Part shown: in pieces, positions 17,834 through 25,161 of the stretch
Layout of the letters: the number at the start of each line of letters is the position of its first letter
Numbering within the stretch: position 1 is the stretch's first letter
DNA from: Clostridia bacterium
GTDB lineage: Bacteria; Bacillota; Clostridia; Monoglobales; Firm-18
Reading direction: 5' to 3'
Assembly: GCA_045538345.1 (NCBI GenBank)
Contig: JAZSRE010000046.1
Span: 1 to 36,296, forward strand
DNA length: 36,296 nucleotides
Program-made: the position numbers and the translations under genes
The notes under the pieces: model-generated
Database searches by the model: none
The model's input: the letters and a program-made list of their open reading frames with translations, nothing else
Told to the model about the DNA's origin: nothing

Positions 17834-19528
17834 ATGAACAACAAGAAAAGAGTTATTGCGCTTCTTATCGTTAGTGCTATGTTGATAATGGCTACATTAT
17901 CAGGTTGCGACGGTAATGGAGTAGGCGGTTCTGCAAGCGGCGATTATGTTATGGATGAAGTTTTGAATCCTTTGGGTTCAGATGTTATCTGTAAAGAGCC
18001 TGTTGAACTTGAAATTTTGCTAAGCAAGTCTGACTCAGTTATTGACTATGACACAAATGCTTACACAGTAGAACTTGAAAGAAAAGGTAATGTTGATATT
18101 AAATTCAATTTGGTTAACGGCTCAGACGTAAGCACAAAGGTTAATCTTATGCTAAGTTCCGGCGTTGATCTTCCTGATATAATCAACTGGCCTATGGATT
18201 CAGCTTCAATCACTACATATGGTGAAGCTGGCGTATTGGTTCCTTTGAATAATTATTATGCAAACTCAAGTGAATACCTTGCTCCATCAATTGAAAAATT
18301 GAAGGAAGATACAGGTCTTGATCTATACAAATATCTAACAATGTCTGATGGAAACATCTACACAATTCCTGCACACAATGAATCATTGCAGAATGAAATT
18401 CCAAGCCTTTTGTGGATTAATCAAAAATGGTTAGACAAAGCTGGTTTGGATGTTCCTACAACTTTGGATGAATTTGTAGTTGCACTTAGAGCTTTCAAGG
18501 CTCAGGATATGAACGGTAACGGCAAAAAGGATGAACTTCCTCTTATGGACTCTTCTACAGGTACAATGTGGCAAGTTATCGAAAATGCTTTTGTTAAGAC
18601 TAAGACATCCGTTGATATAACAGGTGCTGAACAGATTACAATCAAAGAAGATGGCACACTTGAAATGGCTTATGCAACAGAAGGCTATAAAGAATTCCTT
18701 GAATTCATGAATGGTCTTTACAAAGAAGGTCTTCTTGACAAAACAATTTTCTCACAGGATCATGCAACATTTAAAACATTGCTAAATGGTGATGAAACTC
18801 GTGTAGGTGTGTTTGCTTGGACATCAACATCTCCTTTGACAGCTGGTACACCAAGACGTGAAAATTATGAATATTCACCAATGTTCCTTGATAACACAGA
18901 TAAGCCTGGTTATTCTACATATGTATACGAACAGACAATGCCTCAGCCATACTACTTCATCACAAGTGCTTGTGAACATCCTGAAGTAGCATTCCGTATT
19001 GGTGACTACATGTGTTCAGAAGAAATGACAGTTTGGTCACGTTGGGGTATAAAGGGTACAGACTGGTTAGAACCTACAGAATCTACAGTTGCTTTGTTTG
19101 ATTTTATGGGTTATCCTGCATATCTTGAAGCTGTCTTGCAGCTAGGTCCTCCACAGAACTCACACTGGTTAGGTGGTACACCTGGATTTAGAAGAACAAA
19201 TGTTTCTTTGGGTATGGCTACATCAGACGCATCACAGGTATCTAAGTCTTATGCAATTAAAGAGCTTTACAACAGATACGGTGAAAACTTTGCTAAGGAT
19301 GCTTCAGATGACAGAATTTTCGCTCTTGTTTATACAACAGAGGAACTTGATGACCTTGCAGTTTTGAAAAATGCTATTGATGGTTATGTTGCAAATTCAA
19401 GATACGAGTTTATTACTGGTGTAAGAAATCTTGATAGCGATTGGGATGCATACATTAAAGAACTTAAGGGCTTGAACCTTGAAAGAATGAATGAAATAAT
19501 TAATGAAGCATACGATAGAATGAAATAA
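17834..19528 (+). CDS. Extracellular solute-binding lipoprotein, LplA-like (large carbohydrate ABC binding protein)
   Basis: Signal peptide with lipobox MATLSGC. 564 aa, and followed by two LplB/LplC-type permeases. Confidence 0.88.
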   Translation: MNNKKRVIALLIVSAMLIMATLSGCDGNGVGGSASGDYVMDEVLNPLGSDVICKEPVELEILLSKSDSVIDYDTNAYTVELERKGNVDIKFNLVNGSDVSTKVNLMLSSGVDLPDIINWPMDSASITTYGEAGVLVPLNNYYANSSEYLAPSIEKLKEDTGLDLYKYLTMSDGNIYTIPAHNESLQNEIPSLLWINQKWLDKAGLDVPTTLDEFVVALRAFKAQDMNGNGKKDELPLMDSSTGTMWQVIENAFVKTKTSVDITGAEQITIKEDGTLEMAYATEGYKEFLEFMNGLYKEGLLDKTIFSQDHATFKTLLNGDETRVGVFAWTSTSPLTAGTPRRENYEYSPMFLDNTDKPGYSTYVYEQTMPQPYYFITSACEHPEVAFRIGDYMCSEEMTVWSRWGIKGTDWLEPTESTVALFDFMGYPAYLEAVLQLGPPQNSHWLGGTPGFRRTNVSLGMATSDASQVSKSYAIKELYNRYGENFAKDASDDRIFALVYTTEELDDLAVLKNAIDGYVANSRYEFITGVRNLDSDWDAYIKELKGLNLERMNEIINEAYDRMK

Positions 19529-19544
19529 TTTTAAATGATTTGTT

Positions 19545-19578
19545 GACGATTTATTCTACAATTTTGGAATAAATCGTC
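19545..19578 (+). other. Perfect 12-bp intra-operon stem-loop after the binding-protein gene
   Basis: GACGATTTATTC (19545-19556), 10-nt loop, GAATAAATCGTC (19567-19578). No clear U-tract. Confidence 0.5.
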
Positions 19579-19653
19579 ACTTTGCGAGTTTGTCGGTTAT
19601 ATATATCAAAAGGAAAGGTTTAATCGGTATTAACCGAATGGTTGGTGAATATT

Positions 19654-20640
19654 ATGGTAAATAATTCAGTTGCTACGGCAAATACGTTCGTAGAAACTAA
19701 GGCTATGCGTAAAAAAAGACGCACAAGTACAAGAAAACAAATATTCAAATCATGGCAGTTATACCTTATGGTAATTTTGCCAGTTGCATTTTTGCTATTG
19801 TTTTCTTACTATCCAATGTATGGTCTTCAAATAGCATTTAAAGATTATACACCTAAATATGGTATGGTAGGCAGTGAATGGGTTGGTATTAAACACTTTG
19901 TTGAATTTATCAACAGCCAGATTTTCTGGACTTTGTTTAAAAACACACTTACTATTTCATTGTATGCAATACTTTGCAGTTTCCCATTGTCAGTTATTCT
20001 TGCACTTTGCTTGAATGTTGTTCGAGTTGAAAAGTTTAAAAAAGTGGTGCAGACAGTAACATACATTCCACACTTCTTCTCAGTTGTTATAGTTGTAGGT
20101 ATGATGTTCCAGATTTTCAGTCCACACATCGGTATATTCAAAAATTTGGTTGAGCTTTTTGCGGGAGAAGGAACAGTAATCCCTGACCTTATGGGTAATC
20201 CAAAGGCTTTTTATCATACCTATGTATGGTCTGCAATCTGGCAGGATCTTGGTTTTAACTCAATTATCTATATAGCTGCTTTGTCTTCGGTAGATACAGA
20301 GTTGTATGAATCTGCACAAATTGACGGTGCTTCAAGATTTAAAATTATGTTGCACATAGATATTCCTACAATTATGCCTACAATAGTAATTATGCTTATC
20401 CTTCGTTCGGGTAGTGTACTATCATTGGGTTATGAAAAAGCATTGTTAATGCAGAATGATGCTAACATTAAGTATAGTGAACTTATTTCTACATACGTTT
20501 ATAACGAAGGTATCGTAAGAGGTTTCAAACAGTACTCAAGTGCTACAGCAATTAACTTCTTTAACTCCATAATCAACTTTATTTGTATCTGGAGTGTTAA
20601 TAAGTTCTCACAGAAAGTTGGTGAAAGTAGCTTATGGTAA
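19654..20640 (+). CDS. Carbohydrate ABC transporter permease (LplB-like)
   Basis: Polytopic protein with an EAA-type loop AALSSVDTELYESAQIDGASRFKIMLHIDIP. ATG 19654 preferred; the ORF-track TTG 19642 is the alternative. Confidence 0.9.
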   Translation: MVNNSVATANTFVETKAMRKKRRTSTRKQIFKSWQLYLMVILPVAFLLLFSYYPMYGLQIAFKDYTPKYGMVGSEWVGIKHFVEFINSQIFWTLFKNTLTISLYAILCSFPLSVILALCLNVVRVEKFKKVVQTVTYIPHFFSVVIVVGMMFQIFSPHIGIFKNLVELFAGEGTVIPDLMGNPKAFYHTYVWSAIWQDLGFNSIIYIAALSSVDTELYESAQIDGASRFKIMLHIDIPTIMPTIVIMLILRSGSVLSLGYEKALLMQNDANIKYSELISTYVYNEGIVRGFKQYSSATAINFFNSIINFICIWSVNKFSQKVGESSLW

Positions 20641-21623
20641 AAACTAACGATACAAATACAGAAATGCTGGATAAAAAGGCTTTAAGAGCTCAACAAAGAG
20701 AAATGGATAGGGCCATCAGAGCTAAAATGAAAGCCTCCCGTAAGATTAATGATACAGTTGAAGATAAAATTTTCTATACTGTTGTTAATGTAATTCTTAC
20801 CATATTGCTATTAATTGTAGCTGTGCCAATTCTGTATATTTTAGCATGCTCATTTTCTAATGCAGATAAAGTTATTGCAGGTAATGTAGTTGCCTGGCCG
20901 GTAAGCTTTACTTTGCAGGGTTACGAAGCTATTTTTAATAATGGTACATATAACATTATAGTTGCATTCAGAAACTCATTTTTCTACACATTTGTAGGTA
21001 CAGTTGTTTCACTGTTCCTTACATATATGGTAGCTTATCCGTTAGCAAGAAAGAACTTGCCTGGCGGTTCAAAGATTATGATGCTTTATACAATTACAAT
21101 GTTTATAAGCGGTGGTTTGATTCCGGGTTACTTGCTTATGACTGACACACTTAATCTTGGAAACACAATCTGGCCAATGATTCTTACAGGTGTTAACGTA
21201 CAGAATATGATTATTGCAAGAACATTTATGTCCGGCAGTATTCCGGGAGAATTGCTTGAAGCATCACAGATTGACGGATGTGATGATTTTGGTTTCTTTG
21301 TAAAAATTGTAATGCCACTTTCAAAAGCAAGTATTGCGGTTTTGACCCTTTACTATGCTATTGCAAACTGGAACAGCTTTATGTCAGCTTTGCTTTACAT
21401 TCAAAATGATGCTTTGCAACCATTACAGATTGTTTTGCGTAACATCATTATTAATAATGAAGCAGCTGCTCAGTCTGAAGATTTTGCAGAAGAAGCTGAA
21501 CGTATTAAACAATTGCTTAAGTATTCTACAATTGTAGTTTCGGTTATACCGGTACTTATCATTTATCCTTTCGTTCAGAAACACTTTGTTAAGGGTGTTA
21601 TGATCGGGTCTGTAAAAGGTTAA
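20634..21623 (+). CDS. Carbohydrate ABC transporter permease (LplC-like)
   Basis: Polytopic protein with an EAA-type loop GELLEASQIDGCDDFGFFVKIVMPL. Its ATG overlaps the upstream stop (ATGGTAA). Confidence 0.9.
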   Translation: MVKTNDTNTEMLDKKALRAQQREMDRAIRAKMKASRKINDTVEDKIFYTVVNVILTILLLIVAVPILYILACSFSNADKVIAGNVVAWPVSFTLQGYEAIFNNGTYNIIVAFRNSFFYTFVGTVVSLFLTYMVAYPLARKNLPGGSKIMMLYTITMFISGGLIPGYLLMTDTLNLGNTIWPMILTGVNVQNMIIARTFMSGSIPGELLEASQIDGCDDFGFFVKIVMPLSKASIAVLTLYYAIANWNSFMSALLYIQNDALQPLQIVLRNIIINNEAAAQSEDFAEEAERIKQLLKYSTIVVSVIPVLIIYPFVQKHFVKGVMIGSVKG

Positions 21624-21649
21624 TAAACAATCCATCCAATTTTATATTT

Positions 21650-21684
21650 AAAGCCTGTCTTATATAAGACAGGCTTTATTTTTT
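21650..21684 (+). terminator. Rho-independent terminator of the transporter operon
   Basis: AAGCCTGTCT-TATATA-AGACAGGCTT perfect stem, followed by TATTTTTT. Confidence 0.8.
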
Positions 21685-21710
21685 AAATATATCAAAAAAT
21701 AAAAAAGTAC

Positions 21711-21739
21711 TTGCATTTTAAAAAATAATATGCTAAAAT
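21711..21739 (+). promoter_or_regulatory. Putative sigmaA promoter of the Fur-family gene (TTGCAT-17-TGcTAAAAT)
   Basis: TTGCAT 21711-21716, 17-nt spacer, TAAAAT 21734-21739 preceded by TGc. Confidence 0.5.
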
Positions 21740-21747
21740 ATAAATAA

Positions 21748-21762
21748 CAATAATCATTACTA
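21748..21762. promoter_or_regulatory. Fur/PerR-type 7-1-7 operator, box 1
   Basis: CAATAATCATTACTA, whose reverse complement is TAGTAATgATTATTG. It sits just downstream of the predicted -10 and matches box 2 at 12 of 14 non-central positions. Confidence 0.45.
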
Positions 21763-21781
21763 TTTTAAAGGAGGCCTTATT

Positions 21782-22198
21782 ATGGAGAGGACGATTAAGT
21801 ATAGCCGTCAAAGAGAAGCCATACTGGAAAATCTGAAAGGACGTTACGACCATCCTACTGCAGAACAACTGTACATAGATTTGAAAAGAACTTACCCTAA
21901 GATAAGTCTTGGTACAGTTTATCGTAATCTTGCTTTACTTGAGAGTATGGGAGATGTTGTTAAAATTTCTACTAATGGTGAAAGTGACCATTATGATGGC
22001 AAGTCAAATAATCATTATCATTTTTCATGCATTAATTGCGGAAGTGTAAGAGACGTTGATATACTAGTAAATGATGCGTTAGAATCTAAGGTGGAAGATC
22101 TTATAAAAGCAGATGTTAAAACTCATTCATTAATTTTTTATGGAACTTGTGAAAAATGTAAGAAAAAAAGCTTGACAAATGAAATTGTTATGTTATAA
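21782..22198 (+). CDS. Fur-family metalloregulator, PerR-like by context
   Basis: 138 aa with a winged-helix N-terminus (RQREAILENL...HPTAEQLY...ISLGTVYRNL), a HYHFSC motif, and two CxxC pairs (CINCG, CEKCK). It is followed by rubrerythrin and rubredoxin genes. Confidence 0.85.
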   Translation: MERTIKYSRQREAILENLKGRYDHPTAEQLYIDLKRTYPKISLGTVYRNLALLESMGDVVKISTNGESDHYDGKSNNHYHFSCINCGSVRDVDILVNDALESKVEDLIKADVKTHSLIFYGTCEKCKKKSLTNEIVML

Positions 22199-22199
22199 T
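22172..22199 (+). promoter_or_regulatory. sigmaA promoter for rubrerythrin, inside the 3' end of the Fur-family gene (TTGACA-16-TGtTATAAT)
   Basis: TTGACA 22172-22177 and TATAAT 22194-22199 with TGt upstream. Confidence 0.55.
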
Positions 22200-22204
22200 A
22201 AAGA

Positions 22205-22219
22205 TAGTAATAATTACTA
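22205..22219. promoter_or_regulatory. Fur/PerR-type 7-1-7 operator, box 2 (perfect palindrome)
   Basis: TAGTAAT-A-ATTACTA starts 6 nt after the -10, over the predicted transcription start. The core TAATnATTA matches the B. subtilis PerR box TTATAATnATTATAA. Confidence 0.55.
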
Positions 22220-22258
22220 TTATTAAAAATGAATATAAAATAAATGGAGGAATTGATT

Positions 22259-22846
22259 ATGAAAAAATATGTATGCTCAGTATGTGGTTATGTTCATGAA
22301 GGTGATTTTGCACCTGAAAAGTGCCCCGTATGTAAGGTGCCTGCTGAAAAGTTTAAGGAAATGGTTGAAGGGGCTGCCCTTGCTGCAGAACACGAATATG
22401 GTGTATATGCAAAAACTGTAAAAAACAATCCTGATATTAGTGAAGAAGATAAGAAGTATATTTTTGAACAGTTGATGGCTAATTTTAATGGTGAATGTGC
22501 AGAGGTTGGTATGTACCTATGTATGGCTCGTATTGCACATAGAGAAGGTTACCCTGAAGTTGGTTTGTATTGGGAAAAAGCTGCTTATGAAGAAGCAGAA
22601 CATGCTGCAAAATTTGCAGAACTTCTCGGTGAAGATTTAGAACCTAATATGAAAGCTACAACAAAAGACAATCTTGCTTGGAGAGTAGATTGTGAATATG
22701 GTGCAACTCAAGGTAAATTTGACCTTGCTGCATGTGCTAAGAAAAATGGCCTTGACGCTATTCATGATACTGTACACGAAATGGCTCGCGACGAAGCTCG
22801 TCACGGTAAGGGTTTAGAGGGACTTCTTAACAGATATTTTAAATAA
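22259..22846 (+). CDS. rbr: Reverse rubrerythrin (N-terminal rubredoxin-like domain, C-terminal diiron four-helix bundle)
   Basis: [15 protein letters not shown]...CPVCKVP comes first, then ferritin-like motifs [17 protein letters not shown] and DEARHGK. Start moved to ATG 22259, because the ORF-track ATG at 22244 is part of the RBS (aaATGGAGGaa). Confidence 0.88.
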   Translation: MKKYVCSVCGYVHEGDFAPEKCPVCKVPAEKFKEMVEGAALAAEHEYGVYAKTVKNNPDISEEDKKYIFEQLMANFNGECAEVGMYLCMARIAHREGYPEVGLYWEKAAYEEAEHAAKFAELLGEDLEPNMKATTKDNLAWRVDCEYGATQGKFDLAACAKKNGLDAIHDTVHEMARDEARHGKGLEGLLNRYFK

Positions 22847-22900
22847 AATATTTTAAGGGCAATCTATGGGTTGTCCTTACATATAAGGATGGTGTATTTG

Positions 22901-23110
22901 ATGGTAGAAAATTATGTTGTATGTAATTGTATGCAGGTAAGCTATAACGATATTGCTGATGCACTTCACAATCTAAATAAGTTTGATGATGTTTTAAGTA
23001 CATTTAAAATTGTGCAGGATGCAACAAACTGTTCAACCGGGTGTGGTGGTTGCTATCAGAAAGTTTTGGATATAATATCTGAAATAATGAGTGGAGCAAA
23101 AATACAGTAA
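22901..23110 (+). CDS. BFD-like [2Fe-2S]-binding domain protein
   Basis: VVCNCMQVSYNDI...CSTGCGGCYQKV has the CxC...CxxC pattern of bacterioferritin-associated-ferredoxin-like domains. ATG 22901 is preferred (AAGGA upstream); the ORF-track TTG at 22871 is the alternative. Confidence 0.7.
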   Translation: MVENYVVCNCMQVSYNDIADALHNLNKFDDVLSTFKIVQDATNCSTGCGGCYQKVLDIISEIMSGAKIQ

Positions 23111-23112
23111 AA

Positions 23113-23127
23113 TAATAATAGTTATTA
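23113..23127. promoter_or_regulatory. Fur/PerR-type 7-1-7 operator, box 3
   Basis: TAATAAT-A-GTTATTA has one arm mismatch and matches box 2 at 12 of 15 positions. It lies between the BFD-like gene and the rubredoxin gene. Confidence 0.4.
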
Positions 23128-23208
23128 TTAGCAATTTTATAAAATAAGTGTATATGATTTTAATAATATTGTTATAATTATATATACTTTATATATGGAG
23201 GTATTGTT

Positions 23209-23364
23209 ATGAAAAAATATGTTTGTCCATGTGGATATATTTATGATCCTGAAATAGGAGATCCTGATAACGGCGTTGCACCCGGCACACCGTGGGAGGA
23301 TGTTCCTGAAGATTGGGTATGTCCAATATGTTCTTTAGGTAAGGATGCTTTTGAAGAAGAGTAA
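23209..23364 (+). CDS. rd: Rubredoxin (51 aa), absent from the ORF track because it is under 60 aa
   Basis: My translation is [51 protein letters not shown]. This aligns along its whole length with clostridial rubredoxins. GGAGG RBS 7 nt upstream, and a terminator follows. Confidence 0.85.
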   Translation: MKKYVCPCGYIYDPEIGDPDNGVAPGTPWEDVPEDWVCPICSLGKDAFEEE

Positions 23365-23373
23365 TATAGAAAT

Positions 23374-23407
23374 AAAAAGCCAGTTGTTATTTCAACTGGC
23401 TTTTTTT
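23374..23407. terminator. Bidirectional rho-independent terminator (rubredoxin on + / SGNH gene on -)
   Basis: AAAAA-GCCAGTTG-loop-CAACTGGC-TTTTTTT, with an A-run and a T-run on either side. Confidence 0.75.
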
Positions 23408-23416
23408 GTTTAGAAA

Positions 23417-24040
23417 TTATTTTATTTCCTCAAAGGCTTTTATCCATTCGCGTGCAATAAGTTCATGACCGGGATATGACGGGTGTACACCATCCATTGT
23501 CCAGTATGGTTCTGGAACGATATTTGCCTTTGTGTCAAATTTATCTTGTAAAGTAATATATTTAAGATTATATTTTTCAGCAATTCTTTTTGCCGTTTCT
23601 GATCTCTTTGCAACTTCATTTTTAAATTCATCCCATTTTTCTTCAGTTGCAGTTCCTTTAACAACATAAGGTGCCAGTATCATAATTTTAATTTTTGGAA
23701 GTTCTTTTAATATTTCTGAAATAATCATATCATAAATAACTTCAAATTTTTCGTTACTTACGCCATTAGCATGGTTAAATTCATGCCACACATCATTTAC
23801 GCCAATTAGAATACTCATGTAGTCTGGTTTTAAATTTATAATATCATTTTTTATTCTTGCGTAAAGATCTACAATTCTATTGCCTGATATACCGCGGTTT
23901 AAAAATTCGTATTCACCGGGATATAAATATCCTAATTTTTGTGCAATATTGTTGGCATAACCTTATCCTAGGTTAAAGAAATCCTCTTTTTTGCGTCGGC
24001 AATCTGTAATTGAATCACCTTGAAATAGTATTTTTTTCAT
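23417..24040 (-). pseudogene. SGNH/GDSL hydrolase interrupted by one in-frame TAA (23963-23965)
   Basis: Minus-strand reading from ATG 24040 gives MKKILFQGDSITDCRRKKEDFFNLG-TAA-GYANNIAQKLGYLYPGEYEFLNRGISGNRIVDLYARIKNDIINLKPDYMSILIGVNDV...DGVHPSYPGH. All four SGNH blocks (GDS, G, GxND, DxxH) are in one frame. The ORF track shows only the part after the internal Met (23417..23818). Confidence 0.75.
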
Positions 24041-25004
24041 ATATGTCTTTCTTTTTTAAATGATAATGATTATTACTATTAATTGGTTTTAAAATTTTGA
24101 TACCTTTTGATATAATACTAAAATCAATTTTTTGGGCATTATATATTTCGCCATCTACGCATAAACGCATTTTGTTGTTTGGCGTAATTACTATATTTTT
24201 ACACTTGGTTGTGAAAGCAATATGTGAATATTTGTTGTTTTCAAATATAATCCCCTTCATATATTGTGGTAAGCAGGTTGCAAACATATATCTTGGAATA
24301 TTTTTAACTATATTAATATCCATATAACCGTCGTTTGTTGTTGCGTAAGGGTTGCTTTTTATTCCGCCACCGCAGTAGCAACCATTTGCTATTGAGGTAA
24401 GAAGCAGTTTACCGTTATGTACCTCTTTTTTGTCAATTTCGATTTTTAAATCTGCCCCTTTTTTGCTTATCATCATTATAAATATGCTTAAAAAGTATGC
24501 AAGGTGCCCTTTTATAAAGGGCAATTTTTTTAGTTTTACCATTGTATCTGCAACGTTACAGTCAAAACCAATGTTAAACATATTGGCACAGTATTTTGTA
24601 TTTTCAACTCCATCTATTATGCCTTGGTAACGTATTACGTCGCATTCGGTAATAATTCCGTTAAAATGTGCGGAGATATCTTTAAAATCCGTATCAGGGA
24701 AATTTCTGCAAAAGTCATTTCCGGTTCCTATAGGCAAAACTCCCACAACGGCATTTTCAAACCCGTATGCACCATTTAAAACTTCGTTGAATGTTCCGTC
24801 TCCTCCGCAGGCTATATAGCAGTTTGTTTCAGAAGACTCAAGGCATTTTTGACGAACGTAAGCTGTAGCATCGCCAGAAGATTTTGTGATATATATTTCG
24901 CAATCTTTATTAAGTTTTGTTGCGGTTTGGGTAATGGTATTCTTTAATTTTTCAATGTCATTACCCTTTCCTGCCATGGGGTTAATTAAAAATATCAAAT
25001 TCAT
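24015..25004 (-). CDS. Diacylglycerol-kinase-family lipid kinase (YegS/BmrU/DagK type)
   Basis: MNLIFLINPMAGKGN...ACGGDGTFNEVLNG...LPIGTGNDF motifs. Start placed at ATG 25004, so the ORF-track start at 25043 is probably too long. The 3' end overlaps the SGNH start by 26 nt. Confidence 0.85.
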   Translation of the reverse strand: MNLIFLINPMAGKGNDIEKLKNTITQTATKLNKDCEIYITKSSGDATAYVRQKCLESSETNCYIACGGDGTFNEVLNGAYGFENAVVGVLPIGTGNDFCRNFPDTDFKDISAHFNGIITECDVIRYQGIIDGVENTKYCANMFNIGFDCNVADTMVKLKKLPFIKGHLAYFLSIFIMMISKKGADLKIEIDKKEVHNGKLLLTSIANGCYCGGGIKSNPYATTNDGYMDINIVKNIPRYMFATCLPQYMKGIIFENNKYSHIAFTTKCKNIVITPNNKMRLCVDGEIYNAQKIDFSIISKGIKILKPINSNNHYHLKKKDIYEKNTISR

Positions 25005-25161
25005 ATCTTTCACCATTTTACAACATTTGACTATATTATACATTTATATATGAAAAAAGGCAATAAAAAGTTTTAATAGGGATTGTAATTTTATAAAAAA
25101 TATGATAAAATTGCTTTATGTGGATAAAATACTAATATTTTACAATAAGTTGGAGGCTATT

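Noticed and set aside
22244-22258. ORF-track start of rubrerythrin at ATG 22244 (MEELIM...).
   Set aside because: That ATG is embedded in the Shine-Dalgarno sequence (AAATGGAGGAA). ATG 22259 ([10 protein letters not shown]) has correct spacing and matches the usual rubredoxin-domain N-terminus.
22847-22900. Terminator between rubrerythrin and the BFD-like gene (AAGGGCAA...TTGTCCTT).
   Set aside because: The 8-bp stem includes a G-U pair and has no following U-tract. The two genes are probably co-transcribed.
25005-25161. Possible T-box riboswitch upstream of the aminoacyl-tRNA synthetase gene.
   Set aside because: The spacer is only ~157 nt, and the predicted leader is ~45 nt. I see no T-box core (AGGGUGGNACCGCG-like) and no terminator/antiterminator pair.
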